This document shows positions 1-11,735 of a stretch of DNA of 64,000 nt, piece after piece (the stretch's first letter is position 1; each line of letters begins with the position of its first letter). This DNA is from Octopus bimaculoides. Lineage: Eukaryota. The stretch is taken from contig NC_068990.1 in the NCBI RefSeq assembly GCF_001194135.2, forward strand, positions 52,460,856-52,524,855. Direction: 5' to 3'. Both the position numbers and the translations under genes were made by a program. The notes under the pieces are model-generated. The model ran no database searches and was not told the origin of the DNA. It saw nothing but the letters and a program-made list of their open reading frames with translations.

Positions 1-150
1 AATTTCATCGTCTTTTGAATTATGAACATATTTACATCATAAGGGTTTTTTCATTGTAAGGCTTTCTTTTTTAGTTGATTTTCACCTAGCAAGACTTATC
101 ATAGATGGCGTAATAAGTCACACCCGGACAAGGTCGGGTTATACTGCTAG
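1..150 (+). mobile_element. Helitron 3' terminus (element continues upstream of the window)
   Basis: Subterminal hairpin ACCCG(122-126)-gacaaggt-CGGGT(135-139), then TATACTG-CTAG (147-150) and a T. This is the canonical Helitron 3' signature and has the same layout as 57981-58008. Confidence 0.6.
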
Positions 151-165
151 TATATATATATATAA

Positions 166-830
166 TGCAAGAGAGTTAGGGGTTGAGGATTCAACCCACT
201 AAGGGATAGTATCTATCCAATATACTGCTGGGAGGGTACCCAATTATTGTTACACTAGTGTTATACCAAGTGTAATAGGTGGGTGTGGGTAAAAGGGGGG
301 GTTGTTTTACCCTAAATTTATATGGCAATTAGAAAATGGAGGATAATATGCTGTACCCAACGACTTGCAGACATTGTATCCCGTTGAATTAATTAACTTA
401 ATTTGTAACTAAAGTGACAAAAAACCACAAAGTACAAGTGTTTATGACAACCCATTGACAACCGGGTTTACAAATAGAAGTACATAAGGAATTTGAGAAT
501 AAACAAAAACTTACAGCTGTTTCGGCCTAGCATTGGCATGCCCCATTCTATCCGAATAGCTCCTGCCGGAGTAACTAGCGGATGATATGCTGATCCACAA
601 TAAATTCCATACAAATATACAGTAAGAGATAAAAACAAAAATGAAATAGAAATAAAAATAAAAATAATAAGGGTGCAGCAAGAATAAAATAAAAAATAAA
701 GAAATGAAAAATGAAAATATAACATATAAAAATATAAAAATATAAGGCACATAAAAAGCCTACAAACAGTACATGAGGTCATACAAATAGTTATAGACAC
801 TCCAATATATAAGTCTGTGTGCATAACCAT
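166..830 (-). mobile_element. Probable Penelope-like element terminal (pLTR) fragment
   Basis: Starts in a (TA)n tract. Shares the 'aacc(a)ctaagggata...atccaa' start and the ACAGCTGTTTC motif (513-523) with 47215-48460, and has A-rich tracts like the flank of the Penelope at 17870. No ORF, so the assignment is by resemblance. Confidence 0.35.
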
Positions 831-1660
831 ACTTAGATGTTCAATGATTCAAAATCATATATATATGTGAGTACACATGTGTGTGTATATATCCTTCTAT
901 CCCCTCACTCATATGTATACATATACAAATATGTATACATAGGCATTCTCCTACGTACATGGTCTCTGGTACCAACGCTATCTGCTGTGTTTTGAAGGCT
1001 GTTTATGTTTTGGGTTTTTTATTTTCTGAGTGTGTGCGTGTCAGTTCTGTATGGAAGTTCATTTCATAGAAGTTATTAATATTCTAGTAGCAATAACAGT
1101 GATAATGATGATGATGATGATGATAATAACAACAACAACAATAATAATAATATGCCAACTTTCTAACTTTGCGGTGAGGTGCCTTGTTATTTTTCTGCGT
1201 AGGATATCCTGTTACTTCTTCCAGCGGGTATGAGGTTCTGCTGGTATTTGGAGAGGGTTAATTTCTACAGTTAATTCCTCCCATCTAATTGGACAACTAT
1301 TGTTTAAAACTATCTAGGCTTAGCTATGGTTGGATAGATACCAACCGGTCAAGAGGCTAGGGCACGCATGCATACGTACAACCCCCCCACACGCGCAAAT
1401 GCTATGTATATCTCTCCATATCCATATACACGTGTACATATATGTATATACACATATACGTACACAAGCACACATCCCTTCATTCTACTATACACTATAT
1501 AGATGGAGTTTGTCAATATAACATGGTTTGTCATAAACACTTGTACTTTGTGGTTTTTTGTCACTTTAGTTACAAATTAAGTTAATTAATTCAACGGGAT
1601 ACAATGTCTGCAAGTCGTTGGGTACAGCATATTATCCTCCATTTTTTTAATTGCCATATA
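319..1660. repeat. Near-perfect inverted repeat, arms 319-450 and 1528-1660, ~1.08 kb spacer
   Basis: The reverse complement of 1528-1660 matches 319-450 (tatatggcaatt...gtgtttatgacaa) except ttagaaaat vs ttaaaaaaat. Confidence 0.92.
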
Positions 1661-1661
1661 T

Positions 1662-1692
<31 letters not shown>

Positions 1693-2256
1693 CATGTATA
1701 TATATAGTAGAAGTAAGGACCTGAACCCTTCAAATGGATGTTTAGCATCCAAGTTCCTGAGGAAAAGCCTAATTTGTGATTTCAAAAGGATTATATTTTC
1801 ATCAAATTACGAGGGAAAAACTCGAATTCTTATCAATCTTGTGAATTTATCCGAAGTCCTCTCTCCACCCCATCGGAAAAGATTTTCCCAACAAATTTCT
1901 TTATAATCGTAATCTATACCATTTGAAAGGTATTTATATAAAATTTCATTTAAAAAAACTCCATTTTCTGACACCACCACCCCCCCGTTGCTTTCTGGGC
2001 GTTTTTGTTTTCATATTCGTTTTTTTACACCCGTTGCACTACCTTTTTTAAATTTTGTTTTCAGGTAATAATGTCAACATTAAACCAAAGGACATTTATG
2101 AAGTCCTTATTGATTAAATTTTTTGTTGGATAATTGGTTAATTCAGCGTTTATTTAATTTCTACAGTTACTATATTATTTTTTAGAAAGTTTCTTTCTTA
2201 CATCTAAGATATTTTGTACCTGCCCAGTTATGATATTTTCAGTTGATATTTGAATC

Positions 2257-2342
2257 TTTTTGTGTTATTCCACATAAAATATGGTAGTGAGACATGGGCT
2301 CTGAATGCAGAAGATATTTTTGTATTATTCCACATAAAATAT
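2257..2342 (+). mobile_element. 34-bp internal RTE ORF2 fragment flanked by a 26-bp direct duplication
   Basis: tttt(t)gtgttattccacataaaatat at 2257-2282 repeats at 2317-2342 with 1 mismatch. The insert ggtagtgagacatgggctctgaatgcagaagata encodes GSETWALNAED and matches RTE copies at ~3511 and ~39740. Confidence 0.7.
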
Positions 2343-2489
2343 TACTCTTTATTATTTTTTTAAAATATTTTTTGTTTGTATTTCAGTCTTCCTAATTCAT
2401 ATATTATTATTTTTGTCATGTTCCTAACTCTTTTTCCTTCCCTTTTCCTTGGAAAATATATATATTCATATGTAAATATATATATATAT

Positions 2490-3405
2490 CATCATCATTA
2501 TCATCGTTTAACGTCCGTTTTCCATGCTAGCATGGGTTGGACAGTTCGACCAGGATCTGGGAAGCCAGGATGCTGCACCAGGCTCCAGTCTACAGCTGGA
2601 TACCCTTCCTAACGCCAACCACTCTGAGTGTAGTGGGTGCTTTTTACGTACCACCGGCACAGGGGCCAGAAGAGGCTGACAACGGCCACGATCGGTTGGT
2701 GCTTTTTACGTGCCTCCAGCATGGAAGTCAGTCAAGGCAGCGCTGGCATTGGCCACGTTTGGATGGGTCTTTTTACCTGCCACCGGCACAGGTATCACAA
2801 CTACAATTTCCATTTGATTTTCATTTTGATGTTGATGCACTTGACTCAAAAGGTCTCCTCAAGCACTACAATCCAAGGTACTTTTGAATGGGCTGGGGGT
2901 GGTTATGCGAAATGGGTGTAGGACACAGCCGTGAACTCACTTTATTTGTTGGGTCTTCACAGTCACAGCATATCTCCAGAGGTCTCAGTCTTTCATCATT
3001 GCCTCTGTGAGGCCCAACGTTCGAAGGTCAAGCTTGACCACCTCATCCCATGTCTTCCTGAGTCTACCTCTACTCCAGATTCCTTCAACTGTTTGGGAGT
3101 GGCACTTCTTCACACATCTCTCCTCGCCCATCCGTAGTACATGACCATACCAGCGCAAACGTCTCTCTTGCATGCCACATCCTTTGCTTCTTATGTCCAA
3201 CATTTCTCTCAGGGTGTTTACACTCTGTCATGTGTGCACACTGACATCACACATCCAACAGATCATGCTAGCTTCATTTCTTTCAAGCCTACACATGTCC
3301 TCCGCAGTCACAGCCCATGTTTCACTCTCACAGTTCACACACATGCGTCGTAAATCTACCTTTCACTCTGAGCGAGAGGCCCTTTGTCGCCAGTGGGGGT
3401 AGAAG
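2490..3405 (-). mobile_element. RTE-clade LINE, 3' fragment (ORF2 C-terminus, 3' UTR, (ATG)n tail)
   Basis: The minus-strand translation contains PLATKGLSLRVKG, SETWAV and RRLRWYGHVLRM...RGRLRKTWDEVV. The 3' UTR carries gccaccggcacagg repeats, and a catcatcat tail lies at 2490. Confidence 0.9.
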
Positions 3406-3411
3406 CTTTTG

Positions 3412-3443
<32 letters not shown>

Positions 3444-3465
3444 ATGTATTAGGCAGACAGGCACA

Positions 3466-3830
3466 GCGAATGCTAAATTATATGATGCTTGTGTGTGAAT
3501 GGCTGTACTCCATGGTAGTGAGACATGGGCTTTGCATGCAGAAAATATACTCCATTGGATGTGCATGCATGACAAAGTGCTCATGTGTCGAGAGAAAGGT
3601 TGGCTATAAGAGGAATCAAATGCTACATGCATGTGATACATATGAATGAAGACAGCTGTATAAAGAAGTGTCAGTCACTGAAATTGGATGGTACCCATTG
3701 AAGAGGGAGACCCAGGAAGACATGAGATGAAGTGGTGAGGACCGATCTCAGGTTGTTGGGCCTCATGGAGGAAATGATAATGGATTGAGATGTCTGGCAA
3801 TATGAGGTTCTTGAAAAGACCTACCCATGT
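3466..3830 (+). mobile_element. Degenerate RTE LINE ORF2 C-terminal fragment
   Basis: Encodes KLYDACV...LHGSETWALHAEN and RGRPRKT*DEVV-like segments, with stops and deletions. Confidence 0.75.
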
Positions 3831-4384
3831 CAGTTCTAGAAGCGCTGTGTATTCCACCCACACATAAAATAAAACTTTCCACACATCCTACCCAAACAAA
3901 CCAAACTACATCTCTTATCTTCCTCACATTTCTTCTTCCTGCTCTAGCTTATCTCTTACTCCCCAATCCTGTCCTCACGGCTCTGCTCACTGTATCATTG
4001 CTATACCATAGTCACCCACTCCCTCTATATACCCAGGTTTTCACCAGTCACCGAACTACTCTTGGCCTTTGTGCTACTTTGGCAATACCTTGTCACATAT
4101 ATTATAACCTCCATACCTTGAGGGTATGTGCTGGCACTTGCCTCCATCTTTCTCTCTCTTCCTTTACTCTTACCATCCCATTTATATTCTGATCCCTGTT
4201 CCTTGTGAGTATACTCCAGCACTTCACCATCATCTCTCCCCAGCTCTCTCTCTTTCTGGCCAGGTAACTGCGTACCTCCTCTACAGCAAAACACCTGTTT
4301 CTGCCTCTCCATCACACTCAAACCTTTCCTCATCTGATACAAAGTCACCTCTAATACTCCCTCTCATCTCAAAGGATCTTGTCT

Positions 4385-4685
4385 TGCAGGTTACTTGGTG
4401 ACCTGCTGGTGTTGGTGATGCACAAAAAGCATCCAGTCCACACTGTAAAATGGTTGGCATTTGGAATGGCATCCAGCTGTAAAAACCATGCCAAAAATGA
4501 CCTCACCTGTGCTTGTGCTACATAAAAAGGATTCTATCCACTCTGTTGGGTGGTTGGTGTTAGGAAGAGCATCCAGCCATAAAAACCATGCCAAAACAGA
4601 CACAGAAGTCTCTTGCAGGCTCCTACCTGGCCAGCTCCTGTCAAACTGTCCAACCCATGGAAGGTGGATGTTTAACAATGATGAG
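4385..4685 (+). mobile_element. RTE-tail-derived SINE/3' UTR remnant with internal duplication
   Basis: Two copies of tggttgg...gcatccagc...aaaaccatgccaaaa, ending gtccaacccatgg...aatgatgag like the other RTE tails in the window. Confidence 0.7.
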
Positions 4686-5809
4686 TCTGAACCTTCTTTA
4701 TTACTTTATAGAAAGATAAAATTTTGCTCATCTGTACTCCCCCTCCACTATATTCCATTACAGCTACATCCTAAGTATGTAGTTAATGATTTAAAATATA
4801 AGAACAATTTCTCTGTTCCTTACAATTTATGTTTTTCATATATTTATGCATCTCTTTGAATGATTTTCATTATCTTTAGGTCCAAGTAACTCTTATGTCT
4901 GTTGATATCTTCAGTGATGCTATCATTAAACTTTATACTAATGTATCATTGCAATATTATTGAGCAACAAACTGAGCATTTAGTAGCAACCTCTTGTATG
5001 TCATACTTTAATCTGTTATCGATCTCTTTGTAAAAACAAATTGGATGAGTAGATGGATCAGGAGTTCACATCTGTTGTTAAGATATTGTGTTTATGAAAA
5101 AGCTATTTTATTTTATACTTCCTCAGTTCACCTGACTGTAAAGGTCAAAAGAGGTAATCACTCATTGCTATTAAATCTCTTGTCACAAAAAATCAAGCCA
5201 CCAATTGTAGTCATTACACTGTTGTATGTGATAAATATACACAGTCTAGGAGTGTTAAAAGTCCATTACAGCAGTCACCTCTTGACTTTTCTTAGTGAGG
5301 ACAAATTGATTTTACCCTGTGTGGTGGTTTTGACAAAAGAGGTAGAATGATGTATGCGAATGAAAAAGCTGAGGTCTGGTGTCTTCTATTGCCATCTGAT
5401 AAACCTTTCAGTTGATTAATCCATTTTATCTAATAATTAAGTGTCTGAAATTCCTTTGTTTTTGTTTGCTTGGGTTTTTTAATATCACAGTTGAACATCA
5501 ACTTCATTATTTTTTTACCTGTCTGATGAACACAAGTATTGAATAGACATTTCTGAATTGAAAGTAATGGTTTAATTAAAGAAAAGGAATATCTTTTGCC
5601 GAGTCTCATGACAATGCCACTGTAGCATACAATCCCCACTCCACACACTTGGCTTCTATATAGTTCTTGTCTACTAAATTCACTGTCAATGCATTAGGTG
5701 GCTCAGGGTTATGAAAAAAGACACTTACTCAAGCTACTATGCACTGGGACAGAGCATAAAACTATATGATTATAAAGCAAATATCTCAACCACACAGATA
5801 TGTATATTT

Positions 5810-6075
5810 AGGTGCAGGTGTGGCTATGTGGTGAAGTAGTTCACTTCACAACTTGGGCAAATGTCTTTTACTCTGGGCCAACCAATACCTTCTGAGTGAA
5901 TCTGGTTGACAGAAACTGTGTGTGTGTGTGTGCATACGTGTATGGCACCATTTAGCAACAAGTTGATTTGTTTACATTCCTGTAACTTAGTAGTTCTACA
6001 AAGAAAGGAACTGATAAAATAAGTACTATACTTGAAAGAAGTACTGGGATCCATTTGATGGATTAAAAGTTCTTT
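5810..6075 (+). mobile_element. Degenerate tRNA-headed SINE (family A)
   Basis: ggtgcaggtgtggctatgtggt head, ttgggcaaatgtctt core and internal (TG)n; colinear with the intact copy at 27882-28290. Confidence 0.6.
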
Positions 6076-6239
6076 GAGATGGTGACACATCCAATAACTG
6101 AAGCAAGTAAATGTATTTCTAGGAAACCCAGAATTTACCTACCCCCTCCTCAACACTTACTTGAAGATACCTGCTAGTGGATGCAAGCAAGGTATTATTG
6201 TCAGCAATCTGTGTTGGATGGACCATATTTTTAAATCCA

Positions 6240-6480
6240 TTAAAAAGGCTGAGGGTGCCTAAGCATCACTCAGTAAGACCTTTGTCAGCCACTCATGAGC
6301 TATCTGTTTAATGCTATGGCTATGGTACATCCACACTTACAGTTTGCATCTCTTGTCTGGAAACCCTATCTTGTCCAGAATATCAATCTACTGGAGGCTA
6401 TCCAGAGATGTGCAACCCTACAAATATCCTCTGACAGTCACTTACCAAATCTTGAATGTCTTATTTCTTTGGGCATCAAT
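6240..6480 (+). mobile_element. CR1/L2-clade LINE ORF2 C-terminal remnant
   Basis: MVHPHLQFASLVWKPYLVQNINLLEAIQRCAT resembles the CR1 consensus LVRPHLEYASSVWNPY...DINLLERVQRRAT. Confidence 0.7.
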
Positions 6481-6652
6481 ACAGTGGAATGTATTTATTA
6501 TAATTACATGATATAATTATTTTGTCCATTTTATCATTTACATTATCATCATGTGTAAAATTTTAATTCTCAACTTTGAAATTTCTCCTTGTTATATTGT
6601 AGAATACTCTGTCATATTTATTGGTTCTGTAATTATTTTACTTCATTTTCAG

Positions 6653-6778
6653 TTAATAAACATTGGTTCACAGTACACATACGGAACTGAAGACCATGTA
6701 GAATTTTTATGTGTGGTTTCCAAAGAATGCCCTAACATTGTCAATGGACAAGAAAATGAACCTACTGATAGAGCAAAG
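6653..6778 (+). CDS. KCTD5: KCTD5/insomniac-like BTB protein, penultimate coding exon (126 bp, phase 0/0)
   Basis: ttcattttcAG|...gcaaag|GTAAGA. Encodes [42 protein letters not shown], matching the recalled human KCTD5 [42 protein letters not shown]. Both other frames contain stops. Confidence 0.95.
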
Positions 6779-9499
6779 GTAAGAATTGTTTTTGCTTATT
6801 AGTTCTTATTTTCAGTTAATTCCTTCTAAATTGGTAACTTAATTAAACAATAGAATATTAACTCTCACAGGTTCTACTGAATGAGTTTGTGGAATGGATC
6901 TAGATAACATTTGTAGATTGTCAAATTCCTAAAAATAAACATGTTTATTCCATGGAATATAATTTTATCAGCTGTCATGTAAATGGTATTAAAAGAAATC
7001 TTTGGATTATTTGGCTCCATCATTTCTTGTTAGACAAGCAAATAAATTTCTATGTATCAATTAGAGTGTTGAATGAAATATAGGTGTGCACAATCATATT
7101 TAAATGTTCATGTACACTTGGAAAAGATTTACTGCAGAAATTGTTTCAAGAGAAAAATTCTCCTTATAGACAAGATGCCCAAAAAACACCAGAGTCAGGA
7201 TAAGCAAATCATATGATAAATTAAAATGGGGAAAAAATAAAGAAAACTGCACTCAAACAAAAAAAAAATTCCTTTACTGTTTGTATGGGAACAAGTTTCA
7301 TTTTATGACTACAGTCTCCAGTAAATAACTTTTTTACATTTAAAAAAAATTTTTTTTTATGGCTTTGAAAGAGGAGAAACATAAAACCCATGATAGCTTT
7401 TCAAAGGGAGGAAGGGGAAGCATCTTTAAACAGGAGACCTGACCTGTATGTTTACAACAATGGGCACTCTACTAAAGTTACACAAGGGTCAGGTAGTAGC
7501 ATGAACAGAGTGACCACTCAAAAATAAGCATGATCACTCTAACAAACCACAACGCAATTTCCATTTATTAAATTTCATTCACAATATTATTACTATGCAG
7601 ACTTTTAAGCTAACTTCTATGGAGGGCTAATTAGGCCTGCAGCTGAAAACTAAAGAGAGCTAAATAGCATAACTATAATACATCTATAATAACTATATGC
7701 CCTGGTGGTGTTTGATCAGAAGTTAAGGACAGATGAGAATTAACTCTATAATGCAATCATTCTATTGTTCCAGTCCCAAGTTGAATTCCAATTGTTGGTC
7801 AATTTGTCCAAAAGTTCTTATCTTGACGTAAAAGTAACAAAGAGAATGTCATTTATCTGACAAACAAGCAAGATGGCATGGATCAGCTTTACTGCTAGAA
7901 ATTGCAAACCAAATGCTTTTAAATCAGATCTCAATGCTGGATGTTCAAGAACCAAATGAAGGGCAGATTTTCAATCTTGGAATCATCCTGATTCCAAAAA
8001 GGTATAATATGTCTATGTAGGGAAAATGTAGACTGAGATACAGGGGTCCCAGAGGAACAGACAGTATTTCGCTTTTAATAATATAGAAGATATTTGGTCA
8101 AGGTTTTTAAACCCCAAATTTACAAAAGGCCATTGGTTAACCACAGAGTTATGGCTTCACCCATATGAAAAAGAATCAATAAACTCAACATAAATGATAG
8201 GGAACAAAAACAAAATTCTGACTTCATTTCATTTGATACAAAGTTAGGTTGTAGAAATTGATGGGACTGATCTCAGAATATTTGCTGATTTTTGCAAGAT
8301 GAATGGTAAAAAGTGAAGTTAAGCCATTGTAGAACTTGAACTTAAAATACCTAAATGTAGTGAACTGAGCATTGTGTGTGGCATTCAGTACAGGTCTTTA
8401 CCATTTCTGCCAGTTCTCTTGTTTCATGAATTCTAAGACAAATTTTTATTGAAGCTCTTAACCTGAGTTCACTGATGAAGTATTGTGACATGGTAACAAA
8501 GTATAACTATACTATCTCATACTCTAATGAGGTATACAGCAGAGATCTAACCAAAAGTGTGAGACAAACAGCATCCTAAGCTAAAATACCTTCATTACAT
8601 AAGAGTAAAATCATCATCATGAATAATAAAAGGAAATTGAGAAAAGAAACCATTTTTAAAAAATCAGGTAATTTCTTTAGAAGAAAGTCTGCTGTTGTTG
8701 CTAGTACAGACACAAAGAAGAAATGGTGTCAGTACAGAATTGTCATTTGTGGGAAGATTGTTGTGGCAGGGACTGTGACAGCAGAAGGACAAGCAATGAA
8801 TAAGGGACAAGTGTAAGAATATTGAAGCTGATTGTGTTAGAATTAATCAAAGAGAATTTAATATTGGGATTTTGCTGTTTAACTTCATGTGCCTTCCCTG
8901 ACAAACATTCCACTGTCTTTTTTTTCTTTTTGCTACAACATACCACTTTCTTTTTTTTTTCTGTTTCTTTTATTTGAGTCAATCAAGTAAAGCATGTTCC
9001 AAAATCACTGCAAAACCAATTTCTTGGAATGCCAACTGTTTTTCACAGATCTCAAGGAACTTCTATTGCTACACTTCACTTGAATTTTTGTTGTTTATTC
9101 CCTCTAATCTACCACCACCATTGATATCTCTTTTGTGGGACATGCCCACACTCTGTTCTGTTCAGCTCAATACTAAGGTAGGGTGTGCAATATTAATTTG
9201 TACAAAGACATGGCTTATCAACACACTTGTGATTTGGTGGACCTCCAGCTGTGCTATAGGTCAGTTTTGATAAATGCTGGTTTGAAAATTTCAATAATAA
9301 CAAAACAAAAATGATTATTAATCAATGGAAACTTTGTAAATATTGTACTAATTAAGAGAGTGATGTCCTCTTTTATCTGTAGGGCATTGCTACCTCCTAA
9401 TTTTCTCCTACCACTCCAGCCAATGTCTGTAACAATTACAATGGAAATATTACATGGTCTAAGGAGAGTCATTATGCCAATATAATTAGCACATGCATT

Positions 9500-9762
9500 G
9501 GTTCATTTCCAGAAACACAACATACATTTGGGAGACCTCTAGGAGCATAGTGGAAAGGCTAAATGAGCACAGGAGAAAATATAATGACAAGAAACAGTAC
9601 TCCATACTCTATCAACATGCCAAAAACCAACATGGTAGCACACTGGGCTGAATTGACATTTGCATTTTGTCCAAACACCCAAAGGATCCATCACTTAGAC
9701 AAATACAAGAGTACATCCTCATAAACGAAACATTACCCATACTAAGTAGGAAATACACATAG
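9500..9762 (+). mobile_element. Penelope-like GIY-YIG endonuclease remnant
   Basis: From 9523 reads YIWETSRSIVERLNEHRRKY...SILYQHAKNQHG...*IDICILSKHPKDPSLRQIQEYILI, a degenerate YIG/R/EH GIY-YIG pattern with one internal stop. Confidence 0.72.
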
Positions 9763-9859
9763 AAGGTAGAGTTACCCCAATACCAAAGATACCACCTACA
9801 GAATGGTACATTCGTAAGTAGGTTCATTTGTAAGTAGGCAGTCAAGTAGATAGGTAAGT

Positions 9860-10290
9860 AGATGAGTTTTAGGTGGTTAGGTCAGTCATATAGATTGTTA
9901 GGTATTTAATTATGTAGATAGGTAAGGAAGATTGGCAAGCTAACTGGTAGGCAAGTAGATAGATAAGTAGGTAAGTATGTAAATAAGTGGATAGGTAGAT
10001 GGATGGGTACACATGTAGGTAGGTACATAGGTAGTACAGACAGACAAGTACACACATATACACATAAGGAAACAGAACCATATGACCACATATATACACA
10101 TACATGCATACACACAAAGACACATATAGGCACACATACATACACAACAGGCATACGTGCATACTCACAGAAACTCATATGCATAGACACACTCAGACAT
10201 GCATGTACAAGGAAGCAGAGATACACACACACACACACACAATCACATACACACATGCATGCGACAAGATCTCAAGTAGACAAACACAGC
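9860..10290. repeat. Compound low-complexity tract (TAGG/TAGA-like, then CA-rich)
   Basis: Degenerate 4-mer and dinucleotide periodicity; source of several spurious ORFs. Confidence 0.8.
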
Positions 10291-11325
10291 CTCTATAATG
10301 GACTAAGTCAAAAGTCATTGAAAAGGTTGCAAGTAGCAATGGAAGAGCTTTGACAAACAAAAACAAATTAAACAATTGATTAATTAGTTGGATATTTAAC
10401 CAATTGACTAATAATAAAGAAGTGGAATTGCACCAGTGTGTGTGTTAAATATATTGGCATAATGACTCTCCCTAGACAAAACAAAGTTTGTTTCAACACA
10501 CAAATTCACATAAAGAATCTTGCAAACCAGATACAAAAATGAAATTACATGGTCTGTTCTGTGCAACGTTCTACCAAATACTGTATAGTCTCTTGTCTGC
10601 AGAAAGTGTTCTACTAAACATTACAAAACTATCAATTACAAATGTTAAAAGTTCTTTCATGTATAAAACATTGAAAGATGAATTTTAAAATCATTTTTCA
10701 TTTCATTTTGGCAAGCATTAGATCCTTCTTTAAATTCCATCTTATGAATGAGTTGTGTGTCTTTTTTGGATAGCATTCCTAATAACTAACTTTAGTCAGT
10801 TTCTGAGAACTAGGGTAATAGATACAAGGAACATAACAGTGTTTGTGGTAATAATTTGGTGTCAATCCTCAAATTATTGTCTCCATCCTTACAACAAAGC
10901 ATTAATTTTCTACAATTTGTTGCATGGAACATCACAAATTAAAACCTGAAATAAAGTTTTTAAACATAAAATTAAAGAGTTCTCACTTTATGAAATAAGC
11001 AGGCTATAAATATTGCCTTGAGTTTAAGCATTTTTGAATTTAGGAAGAATCTTACAACCAATATTATAGAAGGAACATCTTTGATCTCTTTCACGCCTGA
11101 ACTTAACAGAAAGTAATAGAATTATTCTTTACCAACTTGTTGCTAAATTAACATTACTTAATATTAATACTATAGAGTGGATGGAATAAGATTCTGGAAC
11201 TGTTTGAGTGTCAAAACAGTTTTATGAGAACTGGAAAGTGATATGGCCAAAAGAATATTTAAAAAAAAAAGATATTTTAATATTCATTGTTTAATATTTT
11301 AATATTCATTAATTTTCTTTTTCAG

Positions 11326-11355
11326 GTGTTACAACAGAAAGGATCTCGAATGTGA
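11326..11355 (+). CDS. KCTD5: KCTD5/insomniac-like terminal coding exon VLQQKGSRM*
   Basis: aattttctttttcAG|GTG TTA CAA CAG AAA GGA TCT CGA ATG TGA. Phase 0 matches the donor at 6779. The recalled human end is ILQERGSRM and Drosophila Inc has RAKVLQQKGSR. Confidence 0.92.
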   Translation: MLQQKGSRM

Positions 11356-11676
11356 ATAAGAACCCTAACTTATACTGCTTATTGTGTGCCCTACTGCAGG
11401 GAATAATCCCTAAACACTGCTGTGGTCTAAGGAACATTTTCTGTCTTTCTCAAATGAAAGTGTGTTTATATTATTCATTTTTTTTTAAACTGAAGGAAGA
11501 GAGATTTCATTATTTCTCTTTCATAAAAGAAAATGTGAACTGTAACAGCAAAAGAGGAAACAAAGTAAGAAAGAAAGAAGGAAAATGTAGAAAAAAGATA
11601 AGACAGAGAGAAAAGAAAGAATGCAAAATGATTCACAGAGACCCCTTCATTACAGTTTCCTCCAATCTAAAATTGG

Positions 11677-11735
11677 AATAAAGGAAACCTTTAAGGAAGC
11701 ATTGGTTTCCAATAATTGTTTTTTTTTTTTGTTGT
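11677..11735 (+). terminator. Candidate proximal polyadenylation signal of the KCTD5-like gene
   Basis: AATAAA at 11677-11682 with a U/GU-rich tract at ~11716-11735. The sequence is AT-rich, so a chance match is possible. Confidence 0.35.

Noticed and set aside
4880-4942. Phase-0 exon-like segment (tttAG|VQVTLMSVDIFSDAIIKLYTN|GTATCA) that would splice in frame to 6653
   Set aside because: No similarity to the expected KCTD5 exon (HVYRVLQ...GWKFEQ), and the donor is weak; probably a chance pseudo-exon.
7436-7560. Two short stems followed by ACA, resembling an H/ACA snoRNA
   Set aside because: No ANANNA hinge box, and the second hairpin is too short for a pseudouridylation pocket.
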